Below are positions 9,814-18,712 of a stretch of 64,000 nucleotides of DNA, in pieces (position 1 is the first letter of the stretch; each line of letters begins with the position of its first letter). Under the pieces are notes generated by a model that was not told where the DNA came from, searched no databases, and was given only the letters and a program-made list of their open reading frames with translations. Position numbers and translations under genes: made by a program. The DNA lies in contig CAKNJS010000003.1 in the NCBI GenBank assembly GCA_930986645.1, positions 52,635-116,634 of the forward strand. The letters are read 5' to 3'. The DNA comes from an uncultured Lachnoclostridium sp. GTDB taxonomy: Bacteria; Bacillota; Clostridia; Lachnospirales; Lachnospiraceae.

Positions 9814-10054
9814 GACATTCATCCTTTCCACCGCTGTTCTTCGCATGTATTCTAACACACTTTCAAGCCTGATGCTATCTTTTATTTTAACACAGAACAG
9901 TTCAGCCGTCTGATATCAGAAGATGGATTTATGCCTGCATAAGAATCCGGCGGCTGACAAGCAGATGGACTGAACGCCAGAATATGAGCAAAGAAGCGGC
10001 GAAGCCGCAGTAAGCACGTCAGTGCGGCTTTGCGAATGGCGCAGGCTGAACTGG

Positions 10055-10309
10055 GCGCAGGCGCCCCCTTCCATCCGATCAGACCCCAGCTCGATTCCGT
10101 GCTTTTGCCGAGCATATGATGATACTCCTCACTCTCCTCGGAGTATCTACTTTCGCACTAGGCTCGAAAACACCTCGCCAAGTGCTCAATGCATCGCTGT
10201 GGGGCGTACGCCCTATGCATGCGCAGGCCGCCCCCTTCCATCCGATCAGACCTCAGCTCGATTCCGCGCTTTGCGCTCCTTCTCGCTGTAGGGCGTCCGC
10301 CCTATGCAT
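10055..10309. repeat. Tandem ~88-bp REP-like repeat (2 units; first unit interrupted by a ~85-bp hairpin module)
   Basis: GCGCAGG(C)CGCCCCCTTCCATCCGATCAGACCYCAGCTCGATTCCGYGCTTT...TCGCTGTRGGGCGTMCGCCCTATGCAT at 10055-10220 and 10221-10309. Confidence 0.85.
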
Positions 10310-10365
10310 AAAAAGATAACGCCTCCCATCTGCAAGCGAGCTTGCATGGGAAGCGCCATCTTTTA
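10310..10365 (-). terminator. Terminator of ABC exporter operon with internal TGCAAGC-GA-GCTTGCA hairpin
   Basis: aaaagat..cgcctcccat-ctgcaagcgagcttgc-atgggaagcgccatctttt. Confidence 0.7.
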
Positions 10366-12183
10366 TGCGCAGGTCTGATCTGTTGATTCAAACTGGCTAT
10401 TATATAAATCAGCGTAGAAGCCGTTTTTGGCGAGCAGGGCTTCGTGGGTTCCCTGTTCGACGATATCGCCGTCTTTCATGACGAGGATCAAGTCAGCGTC
10501 GCGGATCGTTGAGAGCCGGTGAGCGATGATGAAGCTCGTTCTGCCTTTCATCAAGCTGTCCATTGCTTTCTGGATCAGTACTTCTGTCCTTGTATCAACG
10601 GAACTGGTGGCCTCATCGAGAATCAGAATCTTCGGATCGGCAAGAATCGCTCTTGCGATCGTGAGGAGCTGTTTCTGTCCCTGAGAGACATTGCTTGCCT
10701 CTTCGTTGAGTTCCATATTATAACCGCCCGGCAGGGTCTGTACAAAACGATGTACATGTGCTGCCTTTGCCGCCTGAATTACTTCCTCATCTGTGGCGTC
10801 AAGCCTTCCGTAACGCAGGTTCTCCATAATCGTTCCATGGAAAAGCCATGTGTCCTGAAGCACCATGCCGAACATCTTTCTCAGGTCGTTCCGGTTAAAG
10901 TCTCTGATATCGTGTCCGTCAATCTTGATTGCACCGCTGTTTACATCGTAGAAACGCATGAGCAGTTTGATCATTGTCGTCTTACCGGCACCTGTCGGGC
11001 CTACGATAGCAATCTTCTGTCCTTCTTCTACTTTTGCAGAGAAGTCATTGATTATGATCTTATCCGGATTGTAACCAAAGTGTACATGATCGAATTCCAC
11101 TCTTCCTTTTAATCCTTCTGTGGAAACCGGATTCTCTACGGTCTGAACTTCCTCGTCTTCCTCAAGGAACTCGAAGACTCTCTCCGATGCTGCCGCGGTG
11201 AGCTGCAGCATATTGGTAACCTGAGCCACCTGCTGGATCGGCTGGGTAAAGTTTCTCACATACTGGATGAATGACTGGATATCTCCCACTTCGATCACAT
11301 TGCGGATCGCAAGAAATCCTCCGAGGATCGCCACACCTACATAGCCGAGGTTTCCGATGAACTGCATCACAGGCATCATCATTCCGGAGAAGAACTGCGA
11401 TTTCCACGCAGAATCATACAGCTTTCCGTTTGTCTCGTTGAACGTTCTTATCACGTCTTCTTCCTTATTAAATGCTTTGATGATGTTATGGCCGCTGTAG
11501 ATCTCTTCAACCTGTCCGTTTACATTTCCCAGATATGCCTGCTGCCCGCGGAAATATTTCTGGGAATGCTTCATCACAAACGAGATCAGGATCACGGAAA
11601 CCGGAAGAATCAGGATCGCGATCAGCGTCATAAGCGGGCTGATGGAGAGCATCATGATCAGCACACCGATCAATGTAGTAACGGATGTGACCATCTGTGT
11701 TGCACTCTGGTTTAAACTCTGCCCGAGCGTATCCACATCGTTCGTCACACGGGAGAGAACCTCTCCTACCGGTTTCGTATCAAAGTAGTTCATAGGCATG
11801 CGGTTGATCTTCTCTGAGATCTCTTTTCTGAGCCGGTAAGTCGTTTTCTGTGACACTCCGGTCATGATAATTCCCTGTATAAATGTACAGAGAGCGCTGA
11901 TCAGGTACAGCCCCAGCGTGATCAGAAGGATCTGTCCCACCTTGCCGAAGTCAATCCCGCTTCCGCCAGACACTTTGCTCACAAGGCCGTTAAAGATCTC
12001 TGTAGTTGCTTTTCCGAGAATCTTAGGGCCGGCTATATTAAAGATGGTCCCGCAGATTGCAAATACTGCTACAAACAGCATATGGAATTTAAATGCGCTC
12101 ATATAGCGGATCAGTTTTTTGATCGTTCCTTTAAAATCTTTTGCTTTCTCTCCTGCCGCATTACGGCCGTGCATTCTAGGCAT
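10363..12183 (-). CDS. Heterodimeric ABC exporter, subunit with consensus catalytic residues (TM288-like)
   Basis: TMD+NBD; GPTGAGKT, VSQGQKQL, LILDE, IAHR; start re-called at MPRMH after AAAGGAGG. Confidence 0.9.
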   Translation of the reverse strand: MPRMHGRNAAGEKAKDFKGTIKKLIRYMSAFKFHMLFVAVFAICGTIFNIAGPKILGKATTEIFNGLVSKVSGGSGIDFGKVGQILLITLGLYLISALCTFIQGIIMTGVSQKTTYRLRKEISEKINRMPMNYFDTKPVGEVLSRVTNDVDTLGQSLNQSATQMVTSVTTLIGVLIMMLSISPLMTLIAILILPVSVILISFVMKHSQKYFRGQQAYLGNVNGQVEEIYSGHNIIKAFNKEEDVIRTFNETNGKLYDSAWKSQFFSGMMMPVMQFIGNLGYVGVAILGGFLAIRNVIEVGDIQSFIQYVRNFTQPIQQVAQVTNMLQLTAAASERVFEFLEEDEEVQTVENPVSTEGLKGRVEFDHVHFGYNPDKIIINDFSAKVEEGQKIAIVGPTGAGKTTMIKLLMRFYDVNSGAIKIDGHDIRDFNRNDLRKMFGMVLQDTWLFHGTIMENLRYGRLDATDEEVIQAAKAAHVHRFVQTLPGGYNMELNEEASNVSQGQKQLLTIARAILADPKILILDEATSSVDTRTEVLIQKAMDSLMKGRTSFIIAHRLSTIRDADLILVMKDGDIVEQGTHEALLAKNGFYADLYNSQFESTDQTCA

Positions 12184-14464
12184 GAACCGGCACCTCCTTT
12201 CCATTGTCCGCAGTCCGCGGTCCGCTGTTGTTCTCCGAAGACTGACTGTCCTTCCCCTTCTGTCCCGCTTTCAGCTCGGACTCGGAGAGCTGTGATGCAG
12301 CGATCTGCTGATATACTTCGCAGGTCTTCAGAAGTTCCTCATGGGTTCCGATGCCCGCAATCTTACCGTCATCGAGCACAATGATCTGCTCTGCATTGAG
12401 GATCGTGCTGATTCTCTGTGCCACGATCAGCACTGTGCTGTTCTTCGTTCTCTTCTTCAGAGCTTTTCTCAGAGTAACATCCGTCTTAAAGTCCAGTGCG
12501 GAGAAACTGTCGTCGAATATAAATACTTCCGGATGCTTTGCAATTGCACGGGCAATAGAAAGTCTCTGCTTCTGTCCGCCCGAGACATTGGAACCGCCCT
12601 GTGCGATCGGACTCTTATATCCATCCGGCTTCTGATCAATAAACTCTGCAGCCTGCGCGATCTCCGCCGCCTCGATCATCTCCTGCTCTCCTCCGTCCGG
12701 ATTGCCGAACATAATATTGGAAGCAATGTCTCCCGAGAAAAGCACGCCTTTCTGCGGAACATAGCCGAGTTTCTCTCTCAGCTCGTGCTGAGACACATTG
12801 CGGATATCCACTCCGTCAAGCGTAATACTTCCTTCCGTCACATCATAGAAACGGGGAATCAGGTTGATAAGGGTAGATTTACCGCTTCCGGTACTTCCGA
12901 TAATAGCTGTCGTCTCTCCCGGGCGCGCCGTAAATGTAATATCGTGGATCACGTTCTCATCTGCGCCGGGATAGCGGAAGGATACGTGGTCAAATTTGAG
13001 CAGTCCTTTCTCATTATCGGAAAATTTCTCCGGCTGCTCCGGATCAAGTATTACCGTCTGGCTGTCAAGCACTTCCTGTACACGGTCTGCAGCAACTGCC
13101 GCCCTCGGCAGCATGATAGAGAGCATACAGAGCATGAGGAATCCCATGATGATCTGCATTGTGTACTGGATGAAAGCCATCATATCTCCGACCTGCATTT
13201 CACCGTTATCGATCCCGTGAGCGCCGTTCCACATAATAAGCACTGAGATACCATTCATAACAAGCATCATGACCGGCATCATAAATGTCATGGCACGGTT
13301 TACAAACAGGTTCGTTCTCGTCAGGTCACGGTTCGCCTTGTCGAAACGCTCTTCCTCATATTTCTGCGTGCTGAAGGCACGGATGACTGACAGGCCGGTC
13401 AGGATCTCTCTCATTACCAGATTGACCTTATCTACCAGACTCTGCATGATCCTGAACTTCGGCATGGCAACAAGGAACAGTACAAGGATTACCAGACCGA
13501 TCAGCACAACCGCCAGACCGATGATCCATGACATGGATACATTCGTCTGGAATACCTGAATGATACCGCCGATGGCAAGGATCGGAGCATAGAGCACGAT
13601 CCGGAGCAGCATAACGATAATAAGCTGGATCTGCTGAATATCATTCGTACTTCTCGTAATAAGCGATGCCGTGGAGAAATGGTCGAACTCGTTGTTGGAG
13701 AATCCTACGACCTTGTGGAACACTCTGCCTCTCAGGTCGCGTCCCGTCGCGGCACCTACGCGCGATGCCATAAATCCTACCAGAATACTAGCCGCCATTC
13801 CAAGAAATGCCAGACATGCCATCTTTCCTCCCGTAGTCAGAAGATAGTGGATCTGTATATCATCCATATCCATTCCGAGATTTTCATAGACTGTGCCAAC
13901 ATAGCTTACTGCAGCCTGATCAAGGATCGTATCCGGCATATCTCCCATCTGTTCTTCCATGGCGTCCATCATTGATTCTCTCTGGTCCGCCGGCATCATC
14001 TGCAGGATGTCGAACACAGACATGTCATCTGTCACGGTTCCAGCCGGGAGAGACGCTTTCAGCTGCTCTTCGATCTGGGCAGTCATATCGCTTCCGGACT
14101 CAAACCCGGCAGTCATCATCATCGGATATGCCAGAATATCTTCCAGACTGCTGATATCTTCATCTGAAATATTATCCTTTAAAACATAAGCTTCTACATC
14201 GTAAGTACTGTCGTCCTCTTCATATGCGTCAAGTACTGTGTCCTGATCCCCGGACGGTACGAACAGCAGCAGACGGTTCATTTCATCCACCGATATCGCC
14301 TCCGGCACCTGATCCTCTACTCCGCCCTGCTGGATACCTATATTGACGATATCCGAGGTGTAAGCCGGAAGGGAAAGGTCACAGTACGCCTGTATGAACA
14401 GCACGATAATGATAGCAATCAGAGTCTTCCAGTGCTCTGCCGCGTATTTAAATAAGTTCTTCAT
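12176..14464 (-). CDS. Heterodimeric ABC exporter, degenerate subunit (TM287-like) with large extracellular insert
   Basis: GSTGSGKS, VSGGQKQR, FIFDD (Walker B E>D), VAQR (H>Q); ~170-aa acidic insert after TM1. Confidence 0.9.
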   Translation of the reverse strand: MKNLFKYAAEHWKTLIAIIIVLFIQAYCDLSLPAYTSDIVNIGIQQGGVEDQVPEAISVDEMNRLLLFVPSGDQDTVLDAYEEDDSTYDVEAYVLKDNISDEDISSLEDILAYPMMMTAGFESGSDMTAQIEEQLKASLPAGTVTDDMSVFDILQMMPADQRESMMDAMEEQMGDMPDTILDQAAVSYVGTVYENLGMDMDDIQIHYLLTTGGKMACLAFLGMAASILVGFMASRVGAATGRDLRGRVFHKVVGFSNNEFDHFSTASLITRSTNDIQQIQLIIVMLLRIVLYAPILAIGGIIQVFQTNVSMSWIIGLAVVLIGLVILVLFLVAMPKFRIMQSLVDKVNLVMREILTGLSVIRAFSTQKYEEERFDKANRDLTRTNLFVNRAMTFMMPVMMLVMNGISVLIMWNGAHGIDNGEMQVGDMMAFIQYTMQIIMGFLMLCMLSIMLPRAAVAADRVQEVLDSQTVILDPEQPEKFSDNEKGLLKFDHVSFRYPGADENVIHDITFTARPGETTAIIGSTGSGKSTLINLIPRFYDVTEGSITLDGVDIRNVSQHELREKLGYVPQKGVLFSGDIASNIMFGNPDGGEQEMIEAAEIAQAAEFIDQKPDGYKSPIAQGGSNVSGGQKQRLSIARAIAKHPEVFIFDDSFSALDFKTDVTLRKALKKRTKNSTVLIVAQRISTILNAEQIIVLDDGKIAGIGTHEELLKTCEVYQQIAASQLSESELKAGQKGKDSQSSENNSGPRTADNGKEVPVHA

Positions 14465-14503
14465 TGTCTGTCTTTCCTTTCATTATATTTTGCCTTGAAC
14501 TAT

Positions 14504-14938
14504 TTATTTCTCATTCAGGTTATCCCTGATCTGAAAAAGCAGACGCTTAAAGAGCATGATCTCCTCTCTGGTCATTCCCCGGAACATCAGCTCTTCCATC
14601 TGTTCTGCAACAGCATAAACCCCTTTGATACAGGATTCTCCTTTTTCCGTCAGGGTCAGCCGCATTATCCGCTGATCTGCCGGATCAGGATGCCGCGTCA
14701 GATATCCCTCTTTTTCCATCTTCTGTATAGAAGAAGTAATAGACGGCGGCGTCACATTCAGCCGGGCGGCCAGTTCTTTCTGTGACATGGAATCGCTGTG
14801 ATGAAGGGTAAACAGGATTCCCGCCTGACTTTTATTCAGATCGAATTCCCGGTACATGTCTTTTGCACGGTTCATCATCTTGTGCATCAGCATGCCCATC
14901 AGGCCGAATGCCGGCATATCTTTTTCCTCACACTGCAT
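14504..14938 (-). CDS. MarR family transcriptional regulator
   Basis: MSQKELAARLNVTPPSITSSIQKMEKEGYL...DPADQR...LTEKG. Confidence 0.9.
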   Translation of the reverse strand: MQCEEKDMPAFGLMGMLMHKMMNRAKDMYREFDLNKSQAGILFTLHHSDSMSQKELAARLNVTPPSITSSIQKMEKEGYLTRHPDPADQRIMRLTLTEKGESCIKGVYAVAEQMEELMFRGMTREEIMLFKRLLFQIRDNLNEK

Positions 14939-14967
14939 GCCATACTCCTTTCCGTATTTGCAATTAG

Positions 14968-15013
14968 TTAGTTAACTAAACGGTATTTTAGTACTATTAG
15001 CCAAAACGGTCAA
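14968..15013 (-). promoter_or_regulatory. Promoter and probable MarR operator
   Basis: TTGACC-17bp-TAAAAT on - strand; perfect palindrome TTAGTTAACTAA (14968-14979) just downstream of the -10. Confidence 0.65.
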
Positions 15014-15185
15014 GATAATTTATATGATTTCACAGTTTTTTTATACTTTATTCACAATATTTTACATTGATACTGTTTATCTTTCTTTTTAAATCGGATA
15101 GGGAAGGGACCTTCCCCGCTATCCGATCAGCGCGATATCTCGCGCAGCTCACAGCAAAGCCGTTCACTTACCGGGCTTATCACGC

Positions 15186-15224
15186 AAAATATCCCGGCGC
15201 CCAGTTGCGGCGCCGGGATATTTT
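15186..15224 (-). terminator. Terminator of MFS gene
   Basis: AAAATATCCCGGCGCC-cagttgc-GGCGCCGGGATATTTT. Confidence 0.75.
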
Positions 15225-15253
15225 ATTTCTTTTTACAATTTCCGGTATACATA

Positions 15254-16681
15254 TCATTGTGTCTGCGCGCATCCGGAAGCCGGTCTTCGCGTCTGTCTGG
15301 CAGAGACAAAGGCTCCCGCCGAGCAGAGAATCATCACGACAGATAAACCGGCCAGCAGATAAAAGGCATGGCTGCTTCCTTCTCTGGTGGCTGACGCCAT
15401 GTCAGACGATGCCGCCTGTGCAGATGCGACGATGGTTGATACGACAGAGGTTCCCACCGCTCCGGCCAGCTGCTGAAGTGTATTGATCACTGCGTTTCCG
15501 TCCGGATTTTTCTCCGGGGCAAGATGGCTCAGCCCGTTTGTCATGCTGTTTCCCACTGAAAATCCCTGTCCCAAAGCAAAAAACAGATAAAATATGATCG
15601 CCGGGACTGCAGCAAGACTTCCCGAGAAAATACTGAAACAGAACAGAGCTCCTATAATGCAGACATTGCCGAATAGAATCGGTTTTGGGGCCCCGAACCG
15701 GTCAAGGAACCGTCCGCTCACCGGTGAGAGCACTGCGCCTGCAAGGCATCCCGGGAGCAGCAGACATCCTGCTGAAAACGCGTCCTGTCCCGATACAAGC
15801 TGCGCATAATTGGGAATCAGGAATCCCAGTCCGAGACAGATAAACTGGATCAGTACAAGCACAAGCACGCTGAACGTAAACGGCCGGCACTGAAATACTG
15901 TAAGATCAATGAGCGGACTCTCTGATTTCAGGCTGCGCCTGCAGAATATTATAACGGACAGAATACTTATCAGGAAAAGCCCGAGGACGGGAACACTTGC
16001 CCATCCCGATTTTGAGGCAGTACTTGTCGCAAAGATAAAACAGGCAAATCCTGCTGCAAGGAACAGATAATCCACGATCTGGAAAGACGTCCGCTGTGTC
16101 TCGGTCACCTGTCTGATGGAAAAGACCCCGAATAAAAATGACAGAACCAGAAGGGGAAGCAGAGCGATAAATATCATCCGCCATCCAAAATTATTCACGA
16201 TCAGCCCTCCAAGGGACGGTCCCACCGCCGGAGCCATCGCCGTGATCAGAGAAGCGATTCCCATCATAAGCCCCAGACGCTCTTCCGGCACCTGTTCCAG
16301 AACAATGTTAAACATAAGCGGCAACGCAATTCCGGTTCCGATTCCCTGTATCAGTCTTCCGATCAGAAGCAGGGAAAATACCGGCGCCGCTGCTGCCAGC
16401 ACAGTTCCGATTATAAAGAGGCAGATCGCAGTGACAAAAAGTGATTTTGTCGTAAAACGTTTCTTCAGGTACGAAGATGCCGGAATAATACATGCGAGAA
16501 CGAGCAGATATCCGGTCGTGATCCACTGCACTGTCGAAGTGCCTATATTAAACTCCTTCATCAATGTAGGGAAAGTTACATTCATGGCCGTTTCCACTAC
16601 CACTCCGGAAAATGACATGATTCCCGCTGCGACAATGGAAAGGATCAGTTTTGCATCAATCTTTTTTTCTATTGTATTCAT
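15254..16681 (-). CDS. DHA2 (LmrB-like) MFS efflux transporter
   Basis: ETAMNVTFPTLM, QWITTGYLL, GRLIQGIGTG, APAVGPSLGG, ~14 hydrophobic segments. Confidence 0.88.
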   Translation of the reverse strand: MNTIEKKIDAKLILSIVAAGIMSFSGVVVETAMNVTFPTLMKEFNIGTSTVQWITTGYLLVLACIIPASSYLKKRFTTKSLFVTAICLFIIGTVLAAAAPVFSLLLIGRLIQGIGTGIALPLMFNIVLEQVPEERLGLMMGIASLITAMAPAVGPSLGGLIVNNFGWRMIFIALLPLLVLSFLFGVFSIRQVTETQRTSFQIVDYLFLAAGFACFIFATSTASKSGWASVPVLGLFLISILSVIIFCRRSLKSESPLIDLTVFQCRPFTFSVLVLVLIQFICLGLGFLIPNYAQLVSGQDAFSAGCLLLPGCLAGAVLSPVSGRFLDRFGAPKPILFGNVCIIGALFCFSIFSGSLAAVPAIIFYLFFALGQGFSVGNSMTNGLSHLAPEKNPDGNAVINTLQQLAGAVGTSVVSTIVASAQAASSDMASATREGSSHAFYLLAGLSVVMILCSAGAFVSARQTRRPASGCAQTQ

Positions 16682-17133
16682 TCTGAAATTTCCTCCATCC
16701 TGCTTGTACGCATAATCTTGTATACACGGCTGATCGTGCGTGATGCCGTCTCCAGATCTTCCTGTTCAATATCTGAAAACCGTTCCGCCAGCCAGTTCTG
16801 ATATTTTTCCACATAGAACCCGTAATACTGCCGGCCGAGGTCTGTCAGGCTGATCCTGACGACTCTTCTGTCCGCGCCGTCCTGAAGTTTCACAACCGCG
16901 CCGAAACCTTCCAGTTCTCTTATCAGTTTTGTAATACTGGGCCGGGTCACATTCAGGTAGTCACTGATATCACTTACTTTTACCGTCTGGCCGTTTTTTT
17001 CCATCTGCCGGATGGAATCGAGAATCTGAATATGTCTCGGAGTCATTCCTTTAGGAAGCTTTGGCATCAGTTCTGTTATACGCTTTGCTTCATGGCAGGC
17101 ACCAAGGAAATTTTTTACTGCTGTTATATCCAC
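16678..17133 (-). CDS. MarR family transcriptional regulator (GTG start)
   Basis: VSDISDYLNVTRPSITKLIRELE...DRRVVRISLTDLG; overlaps MFS start. Confidence 0.88.
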   Translation of the reverse strand: MDITAVKNFLGACHEAKRITELMPKLPKGMTPRHIQILDSIRQMEKNGQTVKVSDISDYLNVTRPSITKLIRELEGFGAVVKLQDGADRRVVRISLTDLGRQYYGFYVEKYQNWLAERFSDIEQEDLETASRTISRVYKIMRTSRMEEISE

Positions 17134-17160
17134 AATATCACCTCTTATTCGTCCAAATTT

Positions 17161-17215
17161 AATTACTATAAGTAATTATCTATAATAATTATATTCAGAT
17201 TCATAAGAATGTCAA
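17161..17215 (-). promoter_or_regulatory. Promoter and tandem palindromic operator of marR-MFS
   Basis: TTGACA-16bp-TATAAT on - strand; AATTACT-ata-AGTAATT followed by a similar AATTAT..ATAATT dyad. Confidence 0.55.
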
Positions 17216-17229
17216 CAATGAGAATTTAT

Positions 17230-17838
17230 TTATACCAGTCCGATCAGTCCTCCTTTCTCCTCATACCCCGTATCCCACAGATCTTTGAGCTGAAATGTAT
17301 ATGACTCGCCGTATGTCGCGGCTATAATCCACAATCCGTCATCCCGGTCCTCATATCCATAGCACAAAAACCAGTGCCATACAAAATCTTTGTAGCACGC
17401 CTTCCTGTGTCTCAGCAAGAGATAAGGCACCGGATATCCGCTGTCAATCTGATCTCTGATAAAACATTCCGCTGTCCGGAGTTCTTCTGTTCCGGACAGT
17501 TCTTTCATTTTCAAGCCGTCCTCACCGACATCTTTCAGATAATTTCCAAAGCCCTCCGTAAACATCCAGAGCTTATTAACTCCGTTCACTCTCGGTCTGA
17601 GATAAGGCTTCATTTTCATAGAAAAATCAATGTAGTCCTGCTTCGTCAGCGCATGAACATCGTACGGATACAAATGTGTCATGCCGCGGCGCAGCGCCAG
17701 ATAAATACAGCAGTCGCAGGCTGTGGCCGCAGCGCACCCGCCGATGTACATAACTACATTTTTAAACCACTCCTGATTTCCGCCGACTGCTCCTTCGATT
17801 GAAAAATAGTCTAAAATTTTCTTCATGCTTTTATTCAC
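17230..17838 (-). CDS. Hypothetical protein, papain/C39-like peptidase fold candidate
   Basis: GGNQEWF...GGCAAATA (Gln, Cys) and PVPYLL...WHWFLCYGY (His). Confidence 0.6.
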   Translation of the reverse strand: MNKSMKKILDYFSIEGAVGGNQEWFKNVVMYIGGCAAATACDCCIYLALRRGMTHLYPYDVHALTKQDYIDFSMKMKPYLRPRVNGVNKLWMFTEGFGNYLKDVGEDGLKMKELSGTEELRTAECFIRDQIDSGYPVPYLLLRHRKACYKDFVWHWFLCYGYEDRDDGLWIIAATYGESYTFQLKDLWDTGYEEKGGLIGLV

Positions 17839-17965
17839 CTGTTTCTCTTATATAATATTATATGACAGAAATTATTTTTTCTTCTGATGCCATCGGATCA
17901 GTATTCCAATATAGACGGCCAATGCCAGAAGCGGGATGATGAGTGCTCCCGCATTGCCTTTGTCT

Positions 17966-17996
17966 ATTATAAAGGTTATACACAGTATAAGGTCAA
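17966..17996 (-). promoter_or_regulatory. MerR-type promoter (19-bp spacer containing a dyad)
   Basis: TTGACC-[TTATAC tgt GTATAA cctt]-TATAAT on - strand. Confidence 0.55.
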
Positions 17997-18085
17997 TACA
18001 TTATACTAAAATAGCTGTTTTTATTGTACATATTTTCTCCGGGCGATATAATATTAAGGTGAATGATGAAAGGAGAGAGTTACAG

Positions 18086-18583
18086 ATGAAAGTACGAATG
18101 GCAGAAGAAAAAGACATCCCCCGGATCCACGACCTGCTCTCACAGGTAGCGCTTGTGCATCACAAAGGACGCCCTGATCTGTTTAAATACGGGCAGAGGA
18201 AATATACGGATGACCAGTTGAAGGAAATCCTGCATGATAAACAACGTCCTGTCTTTGCCGCTGTAGATGAAAACGACTGTCTGCAGGGGTATGCATTCTG
18301 CATTTTCCAGCAGCATTTAAATGATAATATATTGACCGGCATCAAGACTCTGTACATCGATGATCTCTGTGTGGACGAGACAAAACGCGGCATGCATATC
18401 GGTAAGACGATCTATGAGGCAGTCCTTGATTTTGCAAGGGATCAGGGGTGTTATAATGTGACGCTGAATGTATGGAGCTGCAATGTGAGTGCGATGAAAT
18501 TCTACGAAAAATGCGGACTGAAGCCCCAGAAAGTAGGGATGGAAGTTATCTTGGGCGACGGTAAAACTCAAATGCAGTTCTAA
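18086..18583 (+). CDS. GNAT family N-acetyltransferase
   Basis: LYIDDLCVDETKRGMHIG, NVSAMKFYEKCG; start re-called after AAAGGAG. Confidence 0.88.
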   Translation: MKVRMAEEKDIPRIHDLLSQVALVHHKGRPDLFKYGQRKYTDDQLKEILHDKQRPVFAAVDENDCLQGYAFCIFQQHLNDNILTGIKTLYIDDLCVDETKRGMHIGKTIYEAVLDFARDQGCYNVTLNVWSCNVSAMKFYEKCGLKPQKVGMEVILGDGKTQMQF

Positions 18584-18646
18584 ATGCATTCAGACAGCAT
18601 CACCTCTGAATGGCCGCACTCTCTATCCGTTTATCCGTCCAGCAAG

Positions 18647-18710
18647 AAAATACCGAAGAAGCGGGGCTTTCTGAAAGTAGAATTATTTTCCCTGCCTCTT
18701 CGGTATTTTT
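18647..18710. terminator. Bidirectional terminator between GNAT and DUF4317 genes
   Basis: AAAATACCGAAG...CTTCGGTATTTTT. Confidence 0.65.
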
Positions 18711-18712
18711 AT

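Noticed and set aside
9814-9960. Moco riboswitch upstream of moaC
   Set aside because: Only the SD-like GGAAAGG matches; I could not find the conserved Moco RNA core
10055-10309. CRISPR array
   Set aside because: Only two long units, no regular repeat-spacer period, no cas genes in the window
9882-10319. Short ORFs (77, 89 and 67 aa) in the moaC-ABC intergenic region
   Set aside because: They translate the palindromic repeat modules on both strands, with no convincing RBS or protein-like composition
12341-13246. 301-aa + strand ORF and similar long antisense ORFs (19283-20029, 22241-23077, 46404-47228)
   Set aside because: Shadow frames opposite well-conserved genes, explained by codon bias
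17936-18085. N-terminal extension of the GNAT ORF
   Set aside because: A strong AAAGGAG RBS precedes ATG 18086; the extension spans promoter-like AT-rich DNA
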